Shown: positions 1-8,969 of the stretch, piece after piece
How positions within the stretch are numbered: the stretch's first letter is position 1
Layout: the number at the start of each line of letters is the position of its first letter
Assembly: GCA_022750355.1 (NCBI GenBank)
Contig: JAKIVW010000003.1
Coordinates: 1-40,546, forward strand
From: Thermoplasmata archaeon
GTDB taxonomy: Archaea; Thermoplasmatota; Thermoplasmata; Lutacidiplasmatales; UBA184
DNA length: 40,546 nucleotides
Reading direction: 5' to 3'
Translations under genes and position numbers: made by a program
Notes under the pieces: generated by a model
Databases searched by the model: none
What the model was told of the DNA's origin: nothing
What the model saw: only the letters and a program-made list of their open reading frames with translations

Positions 1-51
1 TCCTAGAGGCCTGCGGAGCCTCAGACCTGGGTTCGAATCCCAGCACGGGCG
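1..51 (+). tRNA. tRNA-Arg (anticodon GCG), 3' portion only; the 5' end lies off-window
   Basis: Anticodon stem 6-10/18-22 (gaggc/gcctc) with loop c-t-GCG-g-a at 11-17. T stem 27-31/39-43 (ctggg/cccag) with loop ttcgaat. Acceptor 3' strand cacgggc at 44-50, discriminator g51, no encoded CCA. Confidence 0.75.
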
Positions 52-52
52 T
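34..52. repeat. 19-bp direct repeat copy 1 (attL-like), inside the tRNA-Arg 3' end
   Basis: cgaatcccagcacgggcgt at 34-52 is identical to 1300-1318. The flanking bases differ on both sides. Confidence 0.85.
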
Positions 53-1299
53 GGTCCCCCCCGGCGACGAGTCGCTCCGTTTCGGACTCGCCCAATGCCC
101 CTGGCCGCGATTGCGAATTTGGACTTGCTCCCACCTTAGGGCGGGGGGAGACTCCGAGCCCTAAGCTAAGCTTCTTACCCTACCCGCCGATCATCGCGAT
201 GTCATTCCGGCCGAAGGAAGGCCGAGGTCGTGAGGCATCCGGGATTGTTCATGGACCCAACTATGCGATCCCAGGCGGCTGCGACCTACAACGCGGCGTC
301 GGACCACTTCGACGACCCCGCTCTCTCTTTCTGGAACCGGTTCGGCGAGCGAACGATTGACCGTTTGGGACTCCGCCCCGGAGACCATGTTCTCGATGTA
401 TGTTGCGGGAGCGGAGCCTCCGCGCTCCCTGCGGCAGCGCGGGTAACCCCGACCGGCCGGGTGACCGCGGTCGATGTTTCGGACCGGCTGATCGAGCTCT
501 GCCGAGCCAAGGCGGAGGGGCGCGGACTCAGGAACGTGGCGGCTCAGTTGGGGGACATGGAAAACCTAGCCCTCGCGGACGAATCCTTCGACGCCGTGGT
601 GTGTGTGTTCGGTCTCTTCTTCGCTAACGACATGACCCGGACCGTGTCGAAGCTCTGGAAACTGGTCCGACCTCGAGGTCGCATGGCCATCACGACGTGG
701 GGTCCCCGAATGTTTGAGCCAGGATCCGGATCCTTCTGGGACGCGGTTCGGGCAGAACGACCCGAGCTGCATCGCGCCTACCACCCATGGGATCGCATCG
801 TCGAACCGGAGGCGCTGAACCGAGTTCTTCAGGACGGCGGAGTTCCCGTGCCCACTGTAGTGGCGGAGTCCGGCCAACACGCGCTTCGGACCCCTCGGGA
901 CTGGTGGTCCATCGTGCTCGGCTCCGGTTTTCGATCCACCGTCGACCAACTCGGTCCACCGGCGGCAGAGCGGGTGCGACGGTCCAACTTGGACTGGCTC
1001 GCGACCCACGACATCCATCATATCGAGGTCAATGTGATCTACGCGACGGCTACTAAATAGGCCGAGACGAGGCGCTCGATTTCCTTGGTTCCAAGTTTTC
1101 CCATCGGGCACGCTCGGTAACCTCCCGCTCCCTCGTCGACCAGTCGGACCCTTGCCCACGAAGGGCTCGCATACCGATCCCCCAGGGGCCGCCGAATCAG
1201 ACCATCGTCGAATCGCGCCACCCGGTGCGCAGCCTCCGCCCCCTCCGGTTGCCTCATTCGCGTTCCGTCGTCACCATTGTATTCGTTAGCCACGCCTAA
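53..1299. mobile_element. Putative remnant of a tRNA-Arg-integrated element (no integrase retained in the window)
   Basis: It is bracketed by the 19-bp duplication of the tRNA 3' end. The only clear cargo is a SAM methyltransferase. Confidence 0.35.
230..1060 (+). CDS. Class I SAM-dependent methyltransferase
   Basis: 276-aa ORF with motif I VLDVCCGSGASALPAA and downstream DAVVCVFGLFF block. GTG 230 is preceded by GAGG. ATG 251 and ATG 263 are alternative starts. Confidence 0.8.
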   Translation: MRHPGLFMDPTMRSQAAATYNAASDHFDDPALSFWNRFGERTIDRLGLRPGDHVLDVCCGSGASALPAAARVTPTGRVTAVDVSDRLIELCRAKAEGRGLRNVAAQLGDMENLALADESFDAVVCVFGLFFANDMTRTVSKLWKLVRPRGRMAITTWGPRMFEPGSGSFWDAVRAERPELHRAYHPWDRIVEPEALNRVLQDGGVPVPTVVAESGQHALRTPRDWWSIVLGSGFRSTVDQLGPPAAERVRRSNLDWLATHDIHHIEVNVIYATATK

Positions 1300-1318
1300 C
1301 GAATCCCAGCACGGGCGT
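1300..1318. repeat. 19-bp direct repeat copy 2 (attR-like)
   Basis: Exact copy of tRNA-Arg positions 34-52. No tRNA body precedes it. Confidence 0.85.
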
Positions 1319-1319
1319 C

Positions 1320-1327
1320 AAAAAAAA
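1320..1327 (-). terminator. Oligo-T (T8) archaeal terminator for the 1375..1845 gene
   Basis: The A8 run on the plus strand reads as T8 on the minus strand. It lies about 48 nt downstream of the stop at 1375. Confidence 0.55.
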
Positions 1328-1374
1328 GGGTCGCCCGAACGGAGCGGGTCCTACTCGTAACGAGCCCTGGCCGC

Positions 1375-1845
1375 CTATCCGATGGGGGAGAGGTCGGCCA
1401 GGGTCCGGAGCAAGGCCCGGCGGTGGAACTCGACCGACCCGACAATCGCCAGACCTGCGGCCAGGAGCCCCGACCCTACCGCGAGCAGTAGGCGGGCGAC
1501 CATGTACGCTTCCGGCGGCGTGGCCGGGAACGGCCCATGGGTGAAGTAGAAACTAGAAATGGGTACGAAGAGCGCAATCCAAACAATACCATAGCCGAAG
1601 AAGAGGATCGTCAAACCACCGATCAACGAGCCTGCTCGGACCAGGGTCACTCGGCCTCCTCCTCGGCGGGTTCCGTAGGTTCGGATCACGGCCCGAAAAG
1701 ATCGCGACAACCCCATCGCCAGGAGGAGGGCACCGAACGCCAGCGCCCCGAGAATGGAGGCGAGTAGCTCGAGAGAACGTAGGGTGTAACCGGACTCGCC
1801 GGGGGCTCCCCAAATGAGACCCGCGTGCAACGTAATTCCAAACAT
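1375..1845 (-). CDS. Hypothetical integral membrane protein (about 4 TM helices)
   Basis: 156-aa ORF with hydrophobic helices (LELLASILGALAFGALLLAMGL, LIGGLTILFFGYGIVWIALFV, LLLAVGSGLLAAGLAIVG). I recognise no family. Confidence 0.6.
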   Translation of the reverse strand: MFGITLHAGLIWGAPGESGYTLRSLELLASILGALAFGALLLAMGLSRSFRAVIRTYGTRRGGGRVTLVRAGSLIGGLTILFFGYGIVWIALFVPISSFYFTHGPFPATPPEAYMVARLLLAVGSGLLAAGLAIVGSVEFHRRALLRTLADLSPIG

Positions 1846-2383
1846 CGCGGAGAACGTGAGAATCAGTCCCCGCCGATGACTGCAAGGGGCGTCACTTCCT
1901 GCGACGGCATCGAGTGATTCCTCGGCCCAGCACCATCGACCGGAAGGTCCTCCGAATGACTCATTTCTTCCACCATCGATCTACGGTCCTAGTTCAACCG
2001 GACGCATGGGTCCGACTAACTACCTTTACTTCGGGTCGAGTTCGAGAGCTACCCGCACCGGCTTGATTTTCACGGGTCCTCACCGATCGATCGGACTCGC
2101 CGATTGACGAGTCCATCCACCTGCCCCAACGATGGCTCTTCCCGGTAGAACCGGTTCGACAGAATCCGATATCCACATGTTCTGCGGCTGTCCCATTCAA
2201 TCGGAAACCGGGCCTACCGGACATGGGTGCAAATCCACCCGCGGACGATGTTCGTTGACCGCAGTGGGCCGGCGGAGGTTGCGCGCCGAGGACGGCCCCG
2301 TTTCGAGCTCGGGGAATGGTTGAAATAAGATGGGCGGGAAATCTATCTCGACCGAACTGTCTCCCCCTCGATGGAAGTGCTCA

Positions 2384-3022
2384 ATGAACGGTTTTACCAC
2401 GCGGCAGCGAAGTTGGAGAAAAGCGCCGAAGAGAGCGGTGTCGCCGATCATAGCCATGATCTTACTGGTCGCGATCGTCGTCGTGTTGGCTGCGGTGCTC
2501 TACGTCCTGGTGTCGGGACTGGCCCACGGTCCGGGATCGACGCCCATCGGCGCTGCCTTCGCCGCCGGTCAGGTTTCCTCGGGAACGTGCACGGCCGGGA
2601 GTGCGCAGACCCTCGGCCCCGCCGCCATCACCGGGGGGTGCAAAGCTGGCGACTTCATTTACGTCTTGACGGTGGAATCCTCGGCTGTATCGTTCGGAAG
2701 CGTACTGTTCGAAGTCAAGACCCCCTCGGGAAGTGGTTTCGCGGGCGGCGGCCCTAGTTCTTCCTTCGCGGTACTGGACAGTGGGAGCCACGTCGCGGCG
2801 ATCAGCGTGACCGGCACGATCGTGGTCATGACCACGAAGTGGCCGGGGTACGGCCTTACAACGACGGCGCCGACGTACAAGGACGTAACCCCGCTGACGA
2901 ACCTGTACTCCATCGTGATCGACGCGGGTTCGGCCAGTCCGACGACCGGCATGGGCCTCACGTTCGTCGCCCTGGGGATTGGTTCGTACTCGGGCTCAAC
3001 GTCGCCCATAACGCTCCCCTGA
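2384..3022 (+). CDS. Archaeal type IV pilin-like protein (class III signal peptide, DUF361-type N-terminus) with an ectodomain of unknown function
   Basis: ORF 2330..3022 trimmed to ATG 2384. The N-terminus MNGFTTRQRSWRKAPKRAVSPIIAMILLVAIVVVLAAVLYVLVSGL matches the prepilin-type pattern of a basic n-region then (A/G)VSP plus a hydrophobic helix. The C-terminal ~165 aa are paralogous to 28626..29348. Confidence 0.75.
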   Translation: MNGFTTRQRSWRKAPKRAVSPIIAMILLVAIVVVLAAVLYVLVSGLAHGPGSTPIGAAFAAGQVSSGTCTAGSAQTLGPAAITGGCKAGDFIYVLTVESSAVSFGSVLFEVKTPSGSGFAGGGPSSSFAVLDSGSHVAAISVTGTIVVMTTKWPGYGLTTTAPTYKDVTPLTNLYSIVIDAGSASPTTGMGLTFVALGIGSYSGSTSPITLP

Positions 3023-3217
3023 ATCGATGGGACCCCCCCCCGCCGGGGATGCGGCCGCGACTCGTCCCGTTGGTGACTATCGTACCCGCACCACGCCGCG
3101 GGGCCGACACGGGTCGAGCCGCGGCTCCAGGTTAGGCACAGCGGACTCGCTTCCTTGGAAGTACGGCCAGACGGGACGGAGTCCCTTGGCCGAGACGAAA
3201 TTTCCGTCTGGGTATCC

Positions 3218-3793
3218 TCAACCCCGCGCGATGAATCGGTCCGAAGCAAGGAGAGAAACCATGGCGCGGACCACGGAGTCGACGGAACCCGTGGCATCCA
3301 GGACGGTGCCGTAATCGAATTTTGTGGACTTCACGAAGACCGCCCTGGCCGCTTCCGGGCCATGAGGTCGGTTCCGTTGTCGATCCCGTTCCACGCACAC
3401 TTCAACCGGCGCCCCCAACGTGAAAACGCGGTGGCGGTACGCGAGCCTCCCGACGAGATCCTGGATCTGGGACTTCCAGTAAAAATTGCCCTCGAAGATG
3501 ACCGGAGTGCCCCCTGCCAGCATCGGCCGAGCGGCTTCGACCGCGAACGCGTTGGCTTTCAGAAATTCGGAAAGACGACCTTCCACCCAGAGAGCCTGGT
3601 CGTCGAGGATTTGGTCGATCGAGATGACCTTCGCGCCGACTTTTCTCGAGAGTCCCTGAGAGACGGTGGACTTGCCGACCCCCAACGGCCCCCGGATCAC
3701 TATGTAGAAGACCATCAGCCCCGAATCCTTGGTGAGCCGACTTCGCACAACGGCAATTTGCTCGGAGGGCTCCTCCAGAAGGATGCCGGCCAT
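3218..3793 (-). CDS. P-loop NTPase / small-molecule kinase-like protein (AAA_33-like)
   Basis: Walker A GPLGVGKST lies right after MVFYIVIRG. The ORF runs up to 4006, but that N-terminal part is Pro/Arg-rich and unlikely to be coding. Candidate starts are ATG 3793 or ATG 3715. Confidence 0.65.
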   Translation of the reverse strand: MAGILLEEPSEQIAVVRSRLTKDSGLMVFYIVIRGPLGVGKSTVSQGLSRKVGAKVISIDQILDDQALWVEGRLSEFLKANAFAVEAARPMLAGGTPVIFEGNFYWKSQIQDLVGRLAYRHRVFTLGAPVEVCVERDRQRNRPHGPEAARAVFVKSTKFDYGTVLDATGSVDSVVRAMVSLLASDRFIARG

Positions 3794-4093
3794 TTGAGGT
3801 GGGGGGACAGTGAAAGTAGGATGGACGAACGGCGGAAGTGTCGATATGTGTCTCAGGGAAGTTTGCGCCGACCGCGGCTTCCACCGGTGTAGGTTCGATC
3901 CTGGAGTCTTGAAATTCGCTCGGGGACGAGACCGTTCTTGACCCCGTGAAGATCCGGGTCGTTCTGGCGTGAGGGAGAAGAGTCCCCCACTACGAACTGG
4001 TACCAAAATCCTCTCAGTTCCGAGTTGAGCGAGGGAGCGCTCTTAAACCGAACTGAGCTCCAGCGGCCCCCATCAGGGAACCGAGCGATTCAG

Positions 4094-6597
4094 ATGCAGA
4101 CTCTTGGACAGAACGTGTTGCGGCGACGACCCTCCCTCCCACAATTTCTCTTGGCGATCGCGGTAGTAGCGATGCTCGCCCTGTTCTTCCCCCCGGGCGC
4201 CGGACTCTCCGGCCCCACCAGTCCGGCCTCCCCCTCCTCGGAATTGGGCCCGTTTGCCCTAACCGCCCCGACGGTGGCGGCCCATACCGACTTCAACGTG
4301 AGCGGGACCAGCGGAACCTCCGGCTCCTTCACGTCGCACACCGGCGACACCATCGTGGTCTTTCTCACCGCGTTCGGGTCGAACACTATGGCGGTCTCCG
4401 ACTCCACCCACGACCTGTTTTCGAAGGTTGCCAGTGCCTCGCAACCGAGCTCGAACGGGGCCAGTTCGTTGTGGATCTTCGCGGCGTACAATGTCTCTAC
4501 CGGCGCGACCAAGAAGATCACCGCCACGATCGCGGGCGGCTCGACCGACAGTGCCGCGGTCGCGGTGGTCGACGTCACGGGCGTGGGCCCCGCGCCCTTC
4601 GACCATGTCGGGTCCGTCGCGAACTACACGACGGCGAACGACCCGCGAAACTCCAGCGCGTTGGTGCCCGCTTCCGCCTCGGACCTCGTGCTCGGAATGG
4701 TCGCCGCCCACGAAACGCGAGTCTGGAGTGCGGCGGGCGGCGATAAGTTGCTGAATGACGAACACTCCCCTGTCCCGAACGCCCTCATCACGACCGTCGA
4801 CCTCGACCGGGTCGCCTCCGCCCCCGGGAGCGTCTGGATCAACGCTACCACCGCGCGGTCCGGGACCTACTGGATGTCCGACGGACTCTCGCTCCTTCCC
4901 AAAGGGAGCTCCGGCCACCCCGCCAAGTTCACGTTCACCGAGACCGGATTGTCTTCGGGGCACGCCTGGTACGTCGTCGTGGGGGGCTCCGTCAACAACT
5001 CGACCACCGCCCAGATCAACGTCTCGCTACCCAACGGAAACTATCGATTCAGCGTGGGCCCGATCAGCGGGGTGATCGCTACCCCCTCGACCGGTTCGAT
5101 CACGATCGGGAACTCCGGCGGTACCCGAGCGATCACGTTCGCCGCGGCCGCGGATGACTGGCCGACGTACATGGGCGAAGTAAGTCGGAATGGGGCCAAT
5201 CTCAACGAGACCTCCCTATCCCCCACGACCGCCCCGAACCTGACCAAGCTCTGGGCGCTCTCGACCGGTTACATGCAGACCGAGCCGATCGTCCAGCACG
5301 GCACGGTCTACGTGGGCGGTACGAACGGCTACGAGTATGCGATCAACGCCTCGACCGGTGTCCAGGTCTGGAAGACCTTCGTGGGCCAGGTCGTCCAGCC
5401 GAACTGCGATGCGAAAGCGCAGGGGATCACGTCCTCCGCGACCGACTACGGCGGGATGATCTATGTGGGCGGCGGCAACATCACCGGCAACCTGACGAAC
5501 GGCACGGCCGGTGGTACGCGCTCAACGCCTCGACCGGGAACATCGCCTGGGTGATACCGATCGGCCTCATCAGTTCCGGATACTACAACTGGGCCAGTCC
5601 GCTGGTCGTCAACGGGTACGCGTACGTGGGAGTGGCGAGCCGGTGCGACCAGCCGCTCGTCTGGGGGGGACTGCTCAAGGTTTCGCTCACCTCGCACAGC
5701 GTCGTGGGATTCTTCAATACGACGGTGGGCGGCAACAAGACCCGCGGGTCGAGCATCTGGGGCTCGCCGACGTACGTCGCGGCCACGAATGCCATCTATG
5801 TGGCGACCGGCAATCCGCTCAAGACCCACGTGACGAACTGGTCGGAAGCGGTGATCGCGGTCAACGCGACCACCCTCGCCCCGATCGGGAAGTGGCAGGT
5901 CCCGCTCGCTCAGACCGTCAAGGATTCCGACTTCGGCACCACGCCGGATTACTATCATCTCCCCGGTGGACAGCCCCAGGTCAGCGCGATGAACAAGAAC
6001 GGATTTGTCTACACCCTGAACGCGACGAACCTCCCCGCAGGTCCGGTATGGGAATCGCAGGTCTCCACCCAGGAATACCCGGGGAATGTCGCTCCTCTCG
6101 CGTGGGGGGACGGCCTCCTCTTCGACGGAAGCGGGCCCACGAATATTTCGGGCAAGAACTACAGCGGCGGATTGCGAGCCTTCTATCCTGGCAATGGCAC
6201 GGTGAAATGGGCCCATGGGTTCCGGGGCGACGTCTTCGGTGCACCGGCCTATGCGAATGGGATCGTGGTCGCCGCGGGCGGGACCGCCCTCGATGTCTTC
6301 AACGCCTCCACGGGCCAGCTCCTGTGGAATTGGCCGTGCCCCGCCAGCTTCAATTCGGGTCCCACGATCGCCGAGGGTCGCATCATCGCGGCCTGCTCCG
6401 AGACGTATGCGTTCGGATTCTTGGGAGTCTCGGCCGGCCCGATGGTGCCGGCGGGAGGGATGGTCGGCCCACCCCACCCAACGACGGTGCCGCCCACGAT
6501 GGTCTCTGAACACCTCCCCCTCGTTCTGACCTCGGGGAATGCGGCTACCATCGCCGTCCCGATGGCCCGAGCTCCCAAAGCTCGGAGCTTCGCGTAG
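4094..6597 (+). pseudogene. Secreted/membrane-anchored PQQ-like (BamB/YxaL-type) beta-propeller protein with an N-terminal unknown domain and one TGLP domain; disrupted by a 1-nt frameshift near 5505-5514
   Basis: The fragments are ORF 4025..5554 (frame 2) and ORF 5551..6597 (frame 1). The frame-1 reading already makes sense from 5512 (WYALNASTGNIAWVIPIG...) and continues ...GGNITGNLTNGTAG from frame 2. The signal anchor MQTLGQNVLRRRPSLPQFLLAIAVVAMLALFF starts at ATG 4094. Propeller motifs include DDWPTYMG, LWALSTG, GTVYVGGTNGYEYAINASTGVQVW and NGFVYTLNATN. Confidence 0.75.
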
Positions 6598-6943
6598 GGA
6601 TTTCGCACCCGCCCCTCCGAGCCGGTGACGGGGACCGCGGGTGGCACGGGGGCTCATTTCCCCCTTCCCGGTACGGGAGGAGCGATCTCGATGCCGCTTC
6701 GGTCGGGGGAGCCGTGCCCCACCCTCGAGCCAGCGACCGTAGGTCGGAGGTTCCTCCTGGGCGGAACCCCGGAACTGCGCCCCCGTGGGCGTGCCGGGGT
6801 CATCCCTCGCAGAAGGACCCTGAGGAAACCTCCTGCGATCCCTTGAGGCCCCGCGGCGAGATGAGACCGAGCCCCTTCGGGAGCTTCTCACGACCGCCGA
6901 TAGGACCGGGGCGCGCCACGCCCGGACGCGAGGGCCGCGGCCC

Positions 6944-8719
6944 CTACGTAGAGCCCTGCGGGGGTTTCGAATCCACGGCGGCCGCACGAGGGCCCGCCGG
7001 GGGCACGTTGGGCACCCACGAGGTCGGCAGGGGGAGCGGGCACGTCGGCCCCGTCCGGACGGGGGCGCCGTTTGCCGGCGGGGTTCGGCTCGGGCTCGAG
7101 GGAGCGGCGCTCGGCCGGTCCCGGTCGTGGGCGGCGTGAACCGTACGGGCCGGAACGCCCCCTCCACCCAGGCCCTGCGGGCCCACCGTGAGGATGGAGA
7201 TCGAGAGCGCGGGCAAGGTCAGGGTGCTTCCGATCAGAACCGACGAGTTGGTCGGACCGACGGAGCCGTTCACCCACTGTCGAAGGTTGCCGATGCTCAA
7301 CGGAAGGATCCCCGTTTGCGTCAGGTCGACCGAGACCTTCCTCGTCATGTTCGTGTTGACCATGAGCAGTGCGAGACCGGAAGTAATCCCGTACGTGGCG
7401 GTCGCGTAGAACGACGAGGGGCCGGTGACCGTGCTTCCCAGGGTGTCGCGACCGAGGTCCGTCATCATTTGGGTGAACAACGTGTACTGGGTTTGGAAGT
7501 GATTCGTGCTGAGTTCCCAAGCGCCTCCGTAGTGGCAGTCGTAGCAGAACCAGTCGATGTTCTTCAAACGCAGGTTGAGACCCATGGTCACGTCCGCGGC
7601 GACGTAGAGATCCCCTGCGAAGGTCGACAGGAGCTTGGTGTAGTCGTTGACCTCCGCGCCGTTGGCCTCGCTGACGAACAGCTTGAGGTTGCACTTGGGG
7701 CAGGAGGCCTGCAAGTAACTTCGGTCGGCCGCCACCTGGTTCGTGAGGGAGTACTTCCCGTTCAGATTCGCGAGCAGTTCCGGCCAGGTCGGGTTCGACG
7801 GAGCCGCCCCCATCGTGTACGAATGGACGGAGACCCCCGACAAGTTCGGGCCGTCCACCGCAGCCACCTCGCTCACGTAGGTCTTGGCATAATCGGGAGT
7901 GCCCATCGCCACGCCGAGGGCGATGAAGTGGGCATGCGGGTCGACGGCCTTGATCGCGGTGATGTACTTCCCGACGAGCTGGGCGAAGAGGACGGCGGTG
8001 ATCGTGTTCCCGCCCTTCGTCCCCCATTGCGACCACGGGGTCCCGAAGTGGGTCCAGCCGGGAACCGAGTTCCCGATCTCCCAGTAGTTCGGCTGGAAGT
8101 GGAGAGTGTTGACGACGTAGTCCGCGTAGTAGGCCGCGGTCTGGGGTTGGTCGATCTCGGCCGGCAGTTGGAAGATCGCTTGGCAATGGATCGAGTTGCA
8201 CGAGGTTACAAAAGTGGACGTCGGGGTACCCGCCTTCACGGTGCTGCCGTCGATGTTCGTGATCACGCCCGAAGTGTAATTGAACTCCTCACCGACGATT
8301 CCGCCGGGGTACCGGATGAAATTAATCGGGGTAGCGGCGACGTTCGAAGCGTCGGCGGTGCTGAACCCCTGTTGGGCCGCTACATTGACGCCCCAGAACG
8401 GGAAGGGAATGTGCTTCGCCTTCGAGATATTGACGACGCTGATCGTGGCGTTCGGTGTACTGCTGTGGCTGGAGAAGGGAGTGGGGGCAGGCCCGATGTC
8501 CCCCGTGGCCGGCGACTGGGCGACGGGCAGGTTCGAGAGCGCGGGCATCGGGCTGGTACTAATACCGGAGACCCCGGCCGACGTCGCCGGTTGAAGTCCG
8601 ATCGGCCCTCCGGGGAGGAGCATCAAGATCACGACCCCTACTGAGATCAGGGCGACTCCCTTCGCGAGGCGTGGTCGTTGGGAACTCCACGGCGTTGGGG
8701 GGCGTTCGTCGGACCGCAT
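6944..8719 (-). CDS. Membrane-anchored clan GH-A (TIM-barrel) glycoside-hydrolase-like protein
   Basis: 591-aa ORF with N-terminal anchor GVALISVGVVILMLL. Motifs are NFIRYPGG, YWEIGNS (the position of the WEIGNE acid/base motif), LFVSEANG (candidate nucleophile) and a beta-sandwich-like C-terminus (LSISILTV). A Pro/Ala/Arg-rich ~75-aa tail follows. Confidence 0.55.
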   Translation of the reverse strand: MRSDERPPTPWSSQRPRLAKGVALISVGVVILMLLPGGPIGLQPATSAGVSGISTSPMPALSNLPVAQSPATGDIGPAPTPFSSHSSTPNATISVVNISKAKHIPFPFWGVNVAAQQGFSTADASNVAATPINFIRYPGGIVGEEFNYTSGVITNIDGSTVKAGTPTSTFVTSCNSIHCQAIFQLPAEIDQPQTAAYYADYVVNTLHFQPNYWEIGNSVPGWTHFGTPWSQWGTKGGNTITAVLFAQLVGKYITAIKAVDPHAHFIALGVAMGTPDYAKTYVSEVAAVDGPNLSGVSVHSYTMGAAPSNPTWPELLANLNGKYSLTNQVAADRSYLQASCPKCNLKLFVSEANGAEVNDYTKLLSTFAGDLYVAADVTMGLNLRLKNIDWFCYDCHYGGAWELSTNHFQTQYTLFTQMMTDLGRDTLGSTVTGPSSFYATATYGITSGLALLMVNTNMTRKVSVDLTQTGILPLSIGNLRQWVNGSVGPTNSSVLIGSTLTLPALSISILTVGPQGLGGGGVPARTVHAAHDRDRPSAAPSSPSRTPPANGAPVRTGPTCPLPLPTSWVPNVPPAGPRAAAVDSKPPQGST

Positions 8720-8737
8720 CGGCTTGCCGGCGACCGA

Positions 8738-8748
8738 TGATATATGAC
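8738..8748 (-). promoter_or_regulatory. TATA-like box for the GH-like gene (near-leaderless transcript)
   Basis: The minus strand reads tcatatatcat, centred about 24 nt upstream of ATG 8719. It is an AT island in otherwise GC-rich DNA. Confidence 0.45.
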
Positions 8749-8969
8749 GTTGCCCTTAATCTGAAGTAGGTTACTTTCGGAGAGTCATTCCAGAAACAAT
8801 CGGCAACCCCCGGACGCCTCCCTCCCCGAAACAGTACTCGACCGTGACCTCCCCCCCTCGGGGTCACCGGCGAGCGGTTCTCCCGCCGAGCTCGAGGACG
8901 GGCCGACCACCGGCCACGACACCGCGTCCCCAAGGACTATGAGCCCGCGCTCGTCGCGGGTCCCACGAA

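Noticed and set aside
1039-1293. 84-aa minus-strand ORF abutting the attR-like repeat, considered as a split integrase fragment
   Set aside because: I can see no integrase motifs and it overlaps the methyltransferase 3' end. It is mentioned in the att finding but not called as a gene.
2225-2240. gggtgcaaatccaccc T-arm-like hairpin
   Set aside because: The loop is 6 nt rather than 7, TTC is absent, and there is no acceptor stem or other tRNA arms around it.
3888-3905. ggttcgatcc T-loop-like sequence suggesting a tRNA
   Set aside because: The flanks cannot form a T stem (gtagg versus ctgga), and no acceptor or anticodon arms could be built.
4025-4093. TTG 4025 as the start of the PQQ-like protein
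   Set aside because: A TATA-like cttaaac (4042-4048) lies downstream of it, and ATG 4094 gives a canonical basic n-region plus hydrophobic anchor.
6598-6943. 346-nt gap between the convergent PQQ-like and GH-like genes, inspected for an RNA gene or small ORF
   Set aside because: No tRNA-like arms, box motifs, repeats or plausible coding frame were found. Part of the gap may simply reflect the doubtful Pro-rich tail of the GH-like ORF.
5461-7167. 568-aa minus-strand ORF (also 6888..8201 minus and 7127..8644 plus) overlapping the PQQ-like and GH-like genes
   Set aside because: The composition is extremely Arg/Gly/Pro-rich and no motifs are present. These ORFs lie antisense or out of frame to genes with clear homology, which is typical of stop-codon-poor GC-rich DNA.
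8844-8867. 8-bp hairpin gtgacctc-N8-ggggtcac in the GH/methyltransferase intergenic region
   Set aside because: It is an isolated GC hairpin with no adjacent T-run or recognisable motif, and it cannot be assigned a function from sequence alone.
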